NCBI GenBank assembly: GCA_036676495.1
Contig: JAKFCT010000048.1
Location: forward strand, 1-52,557
Length of the DNA: 52,557 bases
Direction of reading: 5' to 3'
DNA from: Candidatus Sericytochromatia bacterium
GTDB taxonomy: Bacteria > Cyanobacteriota > Sericytochromatia > S15B-MN24 > UBA4093
The notes under the pieces were generated by a model. The model ran no database searches. It was not told the origin of the DNA and saw only the letters and a list, made by a program, of their open reading frames with translations. Shown one piece after another: positions 29,974 to 39,358 of this stretch. The first letter of the stretch is position 1; each line of letters begins with the position of its first letter. Position numbers and translations under genes: made by a program.

Positions 29974-30002
29974 ATTATGACCTTTTAGTGAAGTAATGTA
30001 AA
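29974..30002 (-). promoter_or_regulatory. sigma70-type promoter for the structured RNA and YHS gene
   Basis: Minus strand TTTACA, 17-nt spacer, CATAAT, in an AT-rich patch. Confidence 0.7.
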
Positions 30003-30204
30003 GGGGGAAGCGGTTTAAGAATCGGAGATCCCCGTCCCGGGCGCCCTTCCCCAAGGAGATGCGATGAACATAACGTCGCCCGGTTTCCCCCGCGTCACGG
30101 GGACGTGACGCGCAGGTTAAACGCTCCCCGCTCCGCCCCTCGAAGTGGCAAGCAAGCAGAGCCCCCTGGCCGCATCGCGGCCAGGGGGCCCGAGACTCCC
30201 GGTT

Positions 30205-32871
30205 TTAGAAGACTTCGCGGACGATGTCGCGGTCGATCAGGCCCGCGGCCTCCCGCGCCTTGGCATGGAAGCTCGCCGGCACCCCCGGCACATCCCGGAA
30301 CTGCTGGAGCATGTCGATCACCTGCCGGAAATGCCGCACCAACTGCCCCTCGTCGATTCCCGACTCCTCGATCAGCTCCGACCAGATCCGCCCCTCGGCC
30401 CAGGCCTGGGTCAGGCCCACGTAGTCCGTTACCAGGTTCAGCGGCAGCTCTTCCAGCCCTTGCCGCTTCAGGGCCTTGTAGAGCCCCTTGGCCGTCTTGG
30501 CCAGCTCGTCGACCAACAGCCCCAGCTGCGGATCGAAGCGCATCGGCCGCCAGAACATCCGCCCGCGGATCGGCTCCGCCACGATCATCGACGTCGCGGC
30601 GGCCAGCAAGGCTGGGCTCAGCGTCAGCAGCAGCTCCGAGGTGAGCGCCTCCGAGGCCACCAGCTCGTTGGTCGTGCGCAGGTTCGCCAGGGCCACCCCG
30701 CGCGCCAGCAGCTCGCGGCCCCGGACGTAGCCCGCGTCCTCCAGCAACCGCACCAGGGCCTGGAACTGCCGCCAGTGGTTCGAGTGGATCGCCTCGATCT
30801 CCTGGTCGTAGCGCGCGATCTCACCGTTCAGCAGTTGCACCAGCTTCACGTTGTCCATGCAGCGCTTGTTCTTCACGCACGGAGTCGCCGGATGCTCCTC
30901 GATCTGCTTCAGCAAGCCCTTCAGCTTCTCGCGCGCCTTCGTGATCTCGGGCGGCTCGGTGATCGGCGCCAGCAAGGCGTCGAGGTCGAGTCCCGTCTCT
31001 TCCTTCCACGCGTTCCAGGTGGGATGGTAGTCTCCGGTCGAATGCTCCTGCTGGTAGCTGAGGCGCTTGGCCTTCTGCAAGACCTCGGGCGGGATCCCCG
31101 TGGCCGGAGCCACCGGCACGGCCATCACCAGGTGGCGCGTGCCCAGGCGCGAGAGGGTCCGGGGCTCGACCAGGACCGTGTACTGCATGTCTCCGGACTT
31201 CACCTGGTGCCGGTCGAGCAGGATGGCAATTTGGGGCGTGGGCATGCCTCCCCGGTGAACCAGGAGCCAGCCGCCAATGGGGGTCTGGTTCAGGATGGCG
31301 ATCGCCGACTCCCGCGACAGGTACTGCCGCTCGCTCACCATGCTCGACAGGCGCTTGCGCAGCGAGTCGCGCTGGTTGCGCAGCACCTGGTGCTCCTCGA
31401 AGAGCGCGAGATCCAGCGGCTCGCCCGTTTGCGGGTTGCGCACCTGAATCTTCTCCCGCTTCTCCATGGCCCGTGCCCGCAGCCCGATCAGCCGATCGGC
31501 GGCGTCCGAGCTCTGGAACTGGCTGAAACTTTGCTCGACGATCCGCCGGGCCATCTCGGGTTCGTAGCGGTGATGCAGGTTGATCACCATGTTGAAGTTC
31601 AGGGCGAAGCGGCTGCGCAGCGGCTCGGCGGGGCTGCGGACCAGCTGCGCCACCTCCTGCGGGCCGTAGCGGTGGCTGGAGACGATCACCCCGTAGCCGA
31701 CCGGATCCATGCCGCGCCGGCCGGCGCGCCCCATCATCTGATGGAACTCGCTGGCCGCCAGCATGCGGTGGCCGTCGTCCGTCCGCTTGATCAGGGTCGC
31801 CATGACCACCGTCCGGGCCGGCATGTTGATGCCCGCGGCCAGCGTCTCCGTCGCGAAGACCACCTTGATCAGCGCCTTCTGGAACAAGCGCTCGATCAGG
31901 AACTTCAAGGGCGGCAGCAGGCCCGCGTGGTGCGGCGCCGCCCCGTAAGGCAGCAAATCAAGCCATCGCTTGGTGTTCACCGAGCCCAGCATGCCCGGAG
32001 TGGCGGCGACGGCGTCTTTCACCATCGCCTCGATCTGCCGGCGCTCGTCGGGAGTGGTCAGCTCGAGGTCGGCCGCGATCACGTCCTTGGCCTGGGACTC
32101 GCAGCCCATCCGGCTGAAGACGAAGTAGATGGCCGGCAGCATCTTCTTCTCCTTCAGGTCCTTGACGACCGTGACGGCGTCGGGAGGCTCGACCCAGCCG
32201 TCCTGCGAGAAGCGCTTCACGGCGAGGCGGCCCTGCGGATTGAAGAGCTTGGTGACGTTCGGGGTCGCCACGTAGGACTCCAGCGGCACCGGGCGCTCGG
32301 CGTGGAGGATGACCGTCATGGGCTTGTGCACCTGGCTGACCCAGGTGGCGAGCTCGTCGGCGTTCGGGATGGTGGCGGAAAGGGCCGTCACGGTGGTCTG
32401 CTTGCCCAGGAAGACGATGGTCTCCTCCCAGACGGTGCCGCGGCCCTCGGCGGCGATGTAGTGGGCCTCGTCGAGGATCACCTGGCTCACGTCGGCGACC
32501 GATCCGGGGTCCATATGCAGCATGTTCCGGAGAATTTCGGTGGTCATGACCAAAATCGGGGAGTCCCGGTCGATCACGACGTCGCCCGTGACCAGGCCGA
32601 CCTGGCCGGGAAGGGCCGCCTTCAGGTCGCGGTACTTCTGGTTGGAGAGGGCCTTCAAGGGGGTGGTGTAGATGCAGCGCTTGCCCTGTTTCAGGGCGAG
32701 GAAGACCGCGAACTCGGCCACCACCGTCTTGCCGGAGCCCGTGGGCGCCGAGACCAGGACCGACTTGCCCGCGGCCAACTCCCGGATGGCGTCGAGTTGG
32801 AAGGGATCGAGGGGAAAGGGTTGGCTGGCCTGGAACGCTTCGACCAGGTTGTCCGGCGTGGTGTCAATCAT
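30205..32871 (-). CDS. helY: Ski2-like SF2 RNA helicase (HelY type, DSHCT domain)
   Basis: APTGSGKT, PLKALSNQK, MTTEILRNML, DEAH, LSAT, HHAG, FATETLAAGINMPARTVV, QMMGRAGRRGMD, and a C-terminal DSHCT (GQLVRHFRQVIDML...RDIV). Confidence 0.9.
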   Translation of the reverse strand: MIDTTPDNLVEAFQASQPFPLDPFQLDAIRELAAGKSVLVSAPTGSGKTVVAEFAVFLALKQGKRCIYTTPLKALSNQKYRDLKAALPGQVGLVTGDVVIDRDSPILVMTTEILRNMLHMDPGSVADVSQVILDEAHYIAAEGRGTVWEETIVFLGKQTTVTALSATIPNADELATWVSQVHKPMTVILHAERPVPLESYVATPNVTKLFNPQGRLAVKRFSQDGWVEPPDAVTVVKDLKEKKMLPAIYFVFSRMGCESQAKDVIAADLELTTPDERRQIEAMVKDAVAATPGMLGSVNTKRWLDLLPYGAAPHHAGLLPPLKFLIERLFQKALIKVVFATETLAAGINMPARTVVMATLIKRTDDGHRMLAASEFHQMMGRAGRRGMDPVGYGVIVSSHRYGPQEVAQLVRSPAEPLRSRFALNFNMVINLHHRYEPEMARRIVEQSFSQFQSSDAADRLIGLRARAMEKREKIQVRNPQTGEPLDLALFEEHQVLRNQRDSLRKRLSSMVSERQYLSRESAIAILNQTPIGGWLLVHRGGMPTPQIAILLDRHQVKSGDMQYTVLVEPRTLSRLGTRHLVMAVPVAPATGIPPEVLQKAKRLSYQQEHSTGDYHPTWNAWKEETGLDLDALLAPITEPPEITKAREKLKGLLKQIEEHPATPCVKNKRCMDNVKLVQLLNGEIARYDQEIEAIHSNHWRQFQALVRLLEDAGYVRGRELLARGVALANLRTTNELVASEALTSELLLTLSPALLAAATSMIVAEPIRGRMFWRPMRFDPQLGLLVDELAKTAKGLYKALKRQGLEELPLNLVTDYVGLTQAWAEGRIWSELIEESGIDEGQLVRHFRQVIDMLQQFRDVPGVPASFHAKAREAAGLIDRDIVREVF

Positions 32872-33092
32872 GGTGGGGGTGCCGACCTTTCTTTTCCCGC
32901 GCTCGTCCCGTGGTCACCCGGTCTCGAGCCGCGGCGCTCCGGAGTTTCCGGGCTGCAGCGCGCGTTTGCGCGGTCGCGGAACCGGAGCGGATTGCCGCGC
33001 GCGCATGCTGCGAGGATACCACGCCGGGATCGCCTGGCCAATGTCCAAGCGGGGGACCAGACCGATGAACCCGCCATGCTAAACTTGAGCCC

Positions 33093-33743
33093 ATGTGGAG
33101 TATCGAGGCAGAGAAGTGGGAACAGGGCTTCAGCCGCGTCTGCGGCCTCGACGAGGTCGGCCGCGGCCCCTTGGCCGGTCCCGTGGTGGCCGCCGCCGTC
33201 GTGCTGCCCCGCGCAGGCGACCCGGACTTCGCCGCCGCCCAGCGCCTGCTGGACGGTCTGACCGATTCCAAGCTGCTCAGCGCCCGTCAGCGCGCGCGCT
33301 TCTACGACCTCATCCCCCACGTCGCCCGCGCCTGGGCCGTTTCCGAATTGTCGCCCGCTGAGATCGACCGCCTCAACATCCTGCGCGCCTCGCAGGAGGC
33401 GATGCGGCACGCCCTCGCCAAGGTTCGGCGCAAGCTGAACCCGGATATCCTCCTGGTGGACGGGCATCTGGTCCTGCCGGGGATTCGCAAGCCTCAAGAG
33501 GCCCTGGTGAAGGGGGATTCGCGGTCGATCTCGATCGCGGCGGCCTCGGTGCTGGCCAAGGTGCATCGCGATCGCGCCATGGAGCGCCTCCACGAGGAGC
33601 TGCCCCAGTACGGGTTCGACCGGCACAAGGGGTATCCCACCCGCGAGCACCTGGAGGCCCTGGAGGCCCACGGGCTGACCCCTCATCACCGCCTCAGCTT
33701 CGCTCCCTGCGCGCGCTTGCGGCAACTGAGCCTTTTCGACTAA
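33093..33743 (+). CDS. rnhB: Ribonuclease HII
   Basis: GLDEVGRGPLAGPVVAAAV, DSKLL, LVDG, VKGD.RS.SIAAASVLAKV.RD, HKGYPT..H, HR.SF. Confidence 0.96.
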   Translation: MWSIEAEKWEQGFSRVCGLDEVGRGPLAGPVVAAAVVLPRAGDPDFAAAQRLLDGLTDSKLLSARQRARFYDLIPHVARAWAVSELSPAEIDRLNILRASQEAMRHALAKVRRKLNPDILLVDGHLVLPGIRKPQEALVKGDSRSISIAAASVLAKVHRDRAMERLHEELPQYGFDRHKGYPTREHLEALEAHGLTPHHRLSFAPCARLRQLSLFD

Positions 33744-33812
33744 ACGGCCAGCGCCCCGCGGCTGCGGAGCGCTGGCAAGGGGGCATGCCCGCGGTAGCGG
33801 GAAACCTCGGGG

Positions 33813-34571
33813 TTAAATCATCGCCGAAACCGACGTCACCTGGGTGAAGTAGGCTTTCAGCACCTCTTCCATTGGCTTCTGGCCCGGGGCCCACTCCAGG
33901 GGGCGCTGGATGAAGAGCGTGGCGGCTTCCTTCCGGATGGGCTTGAACCAGTCCACGATCGAGAGCTTCTGGACGTTGATCTCGGAGATGCCCGAGAGCG
34001 CCTTCATGACCTCGGCCGGCTGAGCCTCCTTGAAGGTCTTGTCGAAGAGCACCAGCTCGTCGAGCGCCGTGTACCAGTGCCCGCCCACCGGCCAGACGAT
34101 ATGCACGGGATGCCCCGCCTTCTCGGAGACCTGCCGCTCCACGTCCGGGCGCAGTTCCGTCAGGGCCTCCGCCGCCCGCTTGTCGATGGCGTTCGACAAG
34201 AACGGCAGCAGCCTCGCCAGACCAATCTTGTCCAGGCCCTCGCGCGCCGACTTCAGCGTCCCCTGAGCCGCCACGGCGTTCTGGGAGGTCACCTCCCCCA
34301 GCCGATCGAACTTCAAGAGGGACGTGCCCCATTGCCAGGCGCCCTTGATGACGCGCAGGGGATGGGTCAAGGCATCGATCAGCTCGAGGCCCTTGCGGGG
34401 ATCCTTCGTCAGGACTCCGGCCGCGGCAGGCGCCGGCTGCGTAGCAGCGGGCTGCACGGCAGCGGGGGTCGGGGTTCCGGCTTGAGCCGGGGCGGCCATG
34501 GGCTTCGGAGGCTGGACTCCGTAGGTTCCCCCCGCCCTGACCGGCATGGGGGCGTAGCTTCGAATCGCCAT
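33813..34571 (-). CDS. Hypothetical protein with Pro/Ala-rich N-terminus
   Basis: SD GAGGGAGG and host-like codon usage; no recognisable domain. Confidence 0.7.
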   Translation of the reverse strand: MAIRSYAPMPVRAGGTYGVQPPKPMAAPAQAGTPTPAAVQPAATQPAPAAAGVLTKDPRKGLELIDALTHPLRVIKGAWQWGTSLLKFDRLGEVTSQNAVAAQGTLKSAREGLDKIGLARLLPFLSNAIDKRAAEALTELRPDVERQVSEKAGHPVHIVWPVGGHWYTALDELVLFDKTFKEAQPAEVMKALSGISEINVQKLSIVDWFKPIRKEAATLFIQRPLEWAPGQKPMEEVLKAYFTQVTSVSAMI

Positions 34572-34798
34572 GGCGCCCTCCCTCTTAACAGTCTGCGAAC
34601 AGCACGGTGAGCCGTTCCTAGCCTGATTGTCCCGAGCCGAGGGAGGGATCTTTCGGTGCTCGCCAAAGCTTAAGCACGTCTTAGTATTCGTTTAAACCTT
34701 GCGAGCGGAAGGCAAGCCGGCAGTTCAGTGCTGCTAGCGGGCGAGGGCGGGGTTTTCCATCAGAAGGGTGCCTGAAAACGGCACCCGACACCGGGGGC

Positions 34799-34825
34799 CT
34801 GGATTCCCGCTTCCGCGGGAATGAC
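34799..34825 (-). repeat. Palindromic ATTCCC-N8-GGGAAT repeat (dRS3-like)
   Basis: CTGGATTCCCGCTTCCGCGGGAATGAC, whose reverse complement is GTCATTCCCGCGGAAGCGGGAATCCAG. Single intergenic copy in this window. Confidence 0.7.
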
Positions 34826-34880
34826 GCTTCAAAGGGCGTTGGTACCCGGACTTGCGCTCGCTCGTAGGGCTTTCTACGGC

Positions 34881-34909
34881 TTGAATTGCGTGTGAGGGTC
34901 CAATAGAAT
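34881..34909 (+). promoter_or_regulatory. sigma70-type promoter for the LPP20 operon
   Basis: TTGAAT, 17-nt spacer, TAGAAT. Confidence 0.6.
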
Positions 34910-34960
34910 GGCATATGAACAGTCAATCGGTCTTGAGTTCAGCCATAGAGGAGCCTGCCA

Positions 34961-35581
34961 GTGAATGCCGTAATCAAGAAAGCCCTCATCGCCGTCGTCG
35001 CCCTGTCCGTGGTCGGCTGTGCCGCCACCAAGCGCGAGTCGCTCCTCGAGTCGTCGGGCAGCAAGCCCGGTTGGGCCACGACGGATAGCGAATCCGAAGA
35101 GCGCGACGGGAAGGTCTACTTCCGCGCGGTAGTCGATCGCCAGCGGAGCCTCGACATGGCAATGAGCCGCGCCCGGGCCCAGGCGATCGGCAAGGTGGCG
35201 GAGCGGGTGGTGCTCAACGTCAACACCGCCTTCGCGGAGAACACCCAGGGCACCTCGAACGATATCGACGACGCCAGCGCCGGGGACTCCGGCAACGCCA
35301 TCCGCCGGGAGATCATCACGATCTCGAACGCCCGCAAGGTCACGGGCATCGCCAGTGAGGCCACTTACTGGGAAAAGTACATGACCACCCTCTCCAACGG
35401 GGAAGAGGTCGTCGCCTACAAGGTGCATGCGCTCGTCTCGGTGCCCAAGAAGGCCCTCCAGCAGGCGCAACTGCGCGCGACGGAGGACGGCGTCAGCCTG
35501 GCGAAGAAGAAGAACAACGCGGAGGCCGCTCGGGTGCTTTCCGAGTCGCTGGATGCGCTCAAGCAGGAAATGAACCAGTAG
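34961..35581 (+). CDS. LPP20/FlgP-like lipoprotein
   Basis: Lipobox SVVGC, KPGW, A..RARAQA..KVAE helix and YKVHALVSVP strand. SD GAGGAG. Confidence 0.7.
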   Translation: MNAVIKKALIAVVALSVVGCAATKRESLLESSGSKPGWATTDSESEERDGKVYFRAVVDRQRSLDMAMSRARAQAIGKVAERVVLNVNTAFAENTQGTSNDIDDASAGDSGNAIRREIITISNARKVTGIASEATYWEKYMTTLSNGEEVVAYKVHALVSVPKKALQQAQLRATEDGVSLAKKKNNAEAARVLSESLDALKQEMNQ

Positions 35582-35585
35582 GCGG

Positions 35586-37199
35586 ATGCGGATGATTCGC
35601 GCCTTCCTGTCGGGGGCGATCGCCCTCGCCCTCCTCTTTCCCGCCGCCTTCCCGGCCTCGGCCGCCAGCCTCCCGAGCTGGGTCTCGGAGCCTCCGCGCA
35701 ACACGACCTACCTCACCATGGTGGGCAAGTCGCCGGCCGTCGAGACCGAGGTGTCCGCGCGCACCGAGGCCATCAAGGACGCCATGGGCCAGCTCAACCT
35801 CATGATCGGCTTCGGCGACCATGATGCGGAGGCCAAGAAGGCCTTCAACCGCAACCTGGTGCAGGTGCTGATGGAGGAGAAGACCTCGGGCCCCGGGATC
35901 GAGGAGACCCACCGCGAGGATCTCGGGGGCGGGAAGGTGCGCGTCTACATCCTGCTGCGTTACCCCCGGGCCATGCTCGCTGCCGCCAAGGTAAAGGCCG
36001 CGCGCCCCACTCCGGCCAAGGTCACCCTCAAGGATGCGGCCGAGCGACTCGCCGAGCACCTCGAGCACCATGCGCTGACCAACCCGGTGGTGGGCGGCCT
36101 GGCCGTCCAGGGCTTCCGCGAGGAGGTGGACGGACGCCGCCACAAGCTGGCGAACCTGCTGGAGAGCGAGCTGACCAAAGCCATCGGACGGCTGGAGGGA
36201 AGGCCCTTCCGGCTCGACGCGCCGGGCAAGGCCGCCTTCTGGGTGACGGGTACCTACCGCCTCTCGGATGATCGCAAGGGCTTGCTGGTCACGGCGCAAC
36301 TCATGGATGCGCGCCTCCGGTCGGTCGTGTGGACCTCTCCCGAGGTGTCGGTCACCGCGGCGGACCTCTCCGAGTTGCTGCCCCCCGCGCCGCCGGTTGC
36401 CAAGGCTACGCCGACCGCAGCGTCCAAGGCTCCGCAGCGGGAGCGCTCGTCCCAGCAGAAGGTGAACCGCCCCCGGATCATGGTCGTCTTGCCCGAGACC
36501 CATATCTCGCGGCCCGCGCCCGATCCGGCCGGGGAGACCGAGATCGTTCGGCAGCTCCTGGCGGCGGGCTTCAAGCTCGTCGATCAGACCCAGAGCAAGA
36601 AGATCCGGGACAACGAGCGGGAGTTCCAGCGCATGCAGGGCGACCTCTCGAAAATGGCGGCCCTGGGCCGGGAGTACGGCGCCGAGGTGATCGTCTTCGG
36701 GGAGGCGTTCAGCGAGACGGTCGGACGCGAAGGCAACGGCGTCCGGGTCATGGCGCGGGTCGAGGCGCGGGCCGTGCGCTGCGACACCTCGGAGATCCTG
36801 GTCGCGCACGGCCTGGAGGCGGAGGCGTCCGAGGGATCCGAGCTGGTGGCGGCCAAGAAGGCCCTCCGACTCGCGGGAGCCCAGGTGGGCGAGTACTTCG
36901 TGCAGCAGTTGAACGCGCGCTGGAGCCAGGAAGCGGCGAAGGGCCGGACCCTGGAGGTCCTGATCTCGAACATCACCTACCCGCAGCTCAGCCAGCTCCG
37001 GGGGGTCGTCGAGAACCGGATCGAGGGGGTGCAGGCCTTCCATCAGCGCCACTTCGAGAGCAACCTGGCCCGCTTCGAGGTGGACTACGCCGGGGACGTG
37101 CAGGACCTGGTGGATGCGCTGGTCGGCCAGAAGGTCGGCGAGAAGCGCCTCGAGCTGACCAAGCTCACCGGCGCCAAGGTGGAGCTCAAACTGCGATGA
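35586..37199 (+). CDS. Exported multidomain protein: LPP20-like + FlgO-like + CsgG/FlgT-middle-like domains
   Basis: Signal peptide, then PSWV...ARTEAIKDA (LPP20-like), VTGTY....LLVTAQLMD (FlgO/TolB-N-like), and RPRIMVV...LLAAGFKLVD...GAEVIVFG...ARAVRCDTSEIL (CsgG/FlgT-M-like). Domain names are by pattern recognition. Confidence 0.6.
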   Translation: MRMIRAFLSGAIALALLFPAAFPASAASLPSWVSEPPRNTTYLTMVGKSPAVETEVSARTEAIKDAMGQLNLMIGFGDHDAEAKKAFNRNLVQVLMEEKTSGPGIEETHREDLGGGKVRVYILLRYPRAMLAAAKVKAARPTPAKVTLKDAAERLAEHLEHHALTNPVVGGLAVQGFREEVDGRRHKLANLLESELTKAIGRLEGRPFRLDAPGKAAFWVTGTYRLSDDRKGLLVTAQLMDARLRSVVWTSPEVSVTAADLSELLPPAPPVAKATPTAASKAPQRERSSQQKVNRPRIMVVLPETHISRPAPDPAGETEIVRQLLAAGFKLVDQTQSKKIRDNEREFQRMQGDLSKMAALGREYGAEVIVFGEAFSETVGREGNGVRVMARVEARAVRCDTSEILVAHGLEAEASEGSELVAAKKALRLAGAQVGEYFVQQLNARWSQEAAKGRTLEVLISNITYPQLSQLRGVVENRIEGVQAFHQRHFESNLARFEVDYAGDVQDLVDALVGQKVGEKRLELTKLTGAKVELKLR

Positions 37200-38029
37200 G
37201 GCGCCTCTGGGGCGCCTCGATCCTGGGTCTCGGCTTGCTGCTGGCCCCGACGGCCCTCGCGGCCTCGGGGAACTGGCAGCAGGGCGACGGCTACGTGGAC
37301 GTCCGCGACATCACCCCCGAGGAGGCCAAGCGCAAGGCCCTCAACCTGGCCCGCGCCAAGGCGATGCAGAAGGTGCTGGGCATTCGCGTGCGCAAGCAGT
37401 TCCTCGGGGCGACCACGGAGCGGAGCAAGGGCGGCGAGGACTTCGCGTTCGATGAGCTCAGCACCTCGCTGGACGGCATGATCCTCGGCGAGCGGAACCT
37501 GACCTGGGAAACCTCGCTCATCCCGGGAGGACCGAACGAGCCGAAGATCCAGCGGGTCTCGGTCAGGGGGGAGTTCCAGGTCGCGGAGCCTCCCGAGCAG
37601 GACGCCAGCTTCCGGGTGGATCTCAAGCTGTCCCGCTCGAGGTTGGTCGCCGGGGACTCCCTCGCGCTCACGCTTTCGGCGACCGCCCCGGTGCATGCGA
37701 TGGTGTTCTGCATGGCCGCTGATGACCGGATCTACATGATCTACCCCAACCCGTACCGCCAAGCCCTCACGCTGGAGGCCGGAAAGCGCGTGACGTTGCC
37801 GGAGAGCACCGACGGGATCGAACTGAAGCCGCAGACGGTGCCGGGGCACGACGAGGACGTCGAGGTCTTGCGGGTCATCGCCTTGCGCAAGCCGTTCGCT
37901 CCTCCGCGGCTCGACGCGAACGGCAGCACCTCCTTCACGGAGTTCTTCCGCTGGATGGCGACCTTGCCTCCCTCTCAGTGGGGACAGGCGGATCAGGTCT
38001 ACACCGTGCATCGCGCGGAGCGCGACTGA
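37196..38029 (+). CDS. Exported protein with FlgT-N/LPP20-like N-terminus and DUF4384 domain
   Basis: ATGA overlap with the upstream stop, signal peptide, EEAKRKALNLARAKA helix, and DUF4384 pattern GDSL.L....IYMIYPN...LEAG..VTLP...E.LRVIA..KP. Confidence 0.68.
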   Translation: MRRLWGASILGLGLLLAPTALAASGNWQQGDGYVDVRDITPEEAKRKALNLARAKAMQKVLGIRVRKQFLGATTERSKGGEDFAFDELSTSLDGMILGERNLTWETSLIPGGPNEPKIQRVSVRGEFQVAEPPEQDASFRVDLKLSRSRLVAGDSLALTLSATAPVHAMVFCMAADDRIYMIYPNPYRQALTLEAGKRVTLPESTDGIELKPQTVPGHDEDVEVLRVIALRKPFAPPRLDANGSTSFTEFFRWMATLPPSQWGQADQVYTVHRAERD

Positions 38030-38078
38030 GCGGGCTGCGGGACGTCACGGCGCGCCGCGCGGACGTCGCGCGTGAGGC

Positions 38079-39356
38079 TCACTTGGCCGTCAGCGTGACC
38101 GGGAAGGTCCACGAGCCTCCCAGCGCATCTTCCACTTTCAGGGTCACCGTGAACGTGTAATTGGCCGGGGCGGACGAGTTCACGTACACTTCGACCGCGT
38201 TGCCGCTGGGCAGGGCGCTCGCGCCCGGCAAGAGGTCCCCGTAGTACTGGTTGCTGGCGTAGTAGAGCGACACGTAGGTGTTCGACTCGGTCGCGCTCAG
38301 GTAGACGTCCTTGGCCTTGGCGGTCCCCGTGTTCTTGAGCAAGAAGCGCACGTCCTGAAACTGGCCCCGGACGAGGGAGGCGGCCCCGGGAGTCTCATAG
38401 CCCTCGAGGCTGATCGCGGCGGGGTTGGGCGCGAGCGAGAGCGGATGCGACAGGTTCCATTCCAGGCCGGCCGCATCGGTCACGCTCAGCTGGAGCGTGA
38501 TGGGTTGGGACGTGGGAGCCGAGCTCGAGACCTTGAGGTCGATGCCGTCACGGGGAGAGGCGATCGCCCCGGCCTCGATGCTGCCGTAGCTGATCGTCGG
38601 CGCCGTGTAGGTGCCAAAGGAGACGTTGGAGTCGGTGAGGCTCGGCTTCAGCGAGACCCCCTGCCGGGCGGCCGCGCCCTGGTTCTTCAGGCGCACCTTC
38701 ACGGTGGCGCGCTCGCCGGGGCTTAGCATCCCGTCGCCGTTACCTTGCGACGCGTCGTCGATCTCGAGGCCGTCCACGGCGAAGTCGTCCGGAGGATGGG
38801 TGATGGGAATCGTGATCGACACTTCCCGCTCGTTCGGGGTGACCTGGTACTTCTTCTGGAGGCGCAGCTTCAGCGTGAAGCTCGTGACGCTGCGCGGGGT
38901 ATCCTTGGCCACCGTGACGTAGATCCCCGAGCTGGCCAGGATCGGCTTGCTAGAGGAGTAGAAGCCGTCGAACGTGATCGTCTTCGCCGAGTAGCTCGCC
39001 AAGTAGGCATGCGGGTTGGAGACGCTCGGAACGGCTTCCCAGTCGCCGCTGCTGTAGCTGCTCGTCGAGCGAAGCTGGAAGCAAACGTAGACGGACTCGC
39101 TCTTCCCTGGGGCGATCGTGCCTGCCGTGGACTTGCTGCCGAGCTTGTAGCCCCGGATCGTCACGTCCGCACTCGCTCCCCCCGGATCCTCGATGGGAAC
39201 GACTCCGGCGGGGAGGTCGAGCGCCGTCACCGTTCCACCGTACGGTCCGGTAAGCCCGGGGCTCGATCCGCCAAAGGAGAATCCGTTCACGGGGTCGATT
39301 CGCACGCAGGCCGTCACCAGCAGCAGGAGGGCCATCAGGATCGCGAGCTTGCGCAT
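38079..39356 (-). CDS. Lipoprotein with tandem Ig-like (CARDB/NEW3-like) domains
   Basis: Lipobox LVTAC, acidic loop DDASQGNGDGMLSPGE, repeated LKN.G...A and YG.I/L..G motifs, Ser/Thr/Tyr-rich. Starts 2 bp after the caspase gene stop. Confidence 0.75.
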   Translation of the reverse strand: MRKLAILMALLLLVTACVRIDPVNGFSFGGSSPGLTGPYGGTVTALDLPAGVVPIEDPGGASADVTIRGYKLGSKSTAGTIAPGKSESVYVCFQLRSTSSYSSGDWEAVPSVSNPHAYLASYSAKTITFDGFYSSSKPILASSGIYVTVAKDTPRSVTSFTLKLRLQKKYQVTPNEREVSITIPITHPPDDFAVDGLEIDDASQGNGDGMLSPGERATVKVRLKNQGAAARQGVSLKPSLTDSNVSFGTYTAPTISYGSIEAGAIASPRDGIDLKVSSSAPTSQPITLQLSVTDAAGLEWNLSHPLSLAPNPAAISLEGYETPGAASLVRGQFQDVRFLLKNTGTAKAKDVYLSATESNTYVSLYYASNQYYGDLLPGASALPSGNAVEVYVNSSAPANYTFTVTLKVEDALGGSWTFPVTLTAK

Positions 39357-39358
39357 GG

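Noticed and set aside
34650-34675. sigma28 promoter upstream of the 33813-34571 gene
   Set aside because: The TAAG and CCGAAA half-sites are spaced too closely for the sigma28 consensus.
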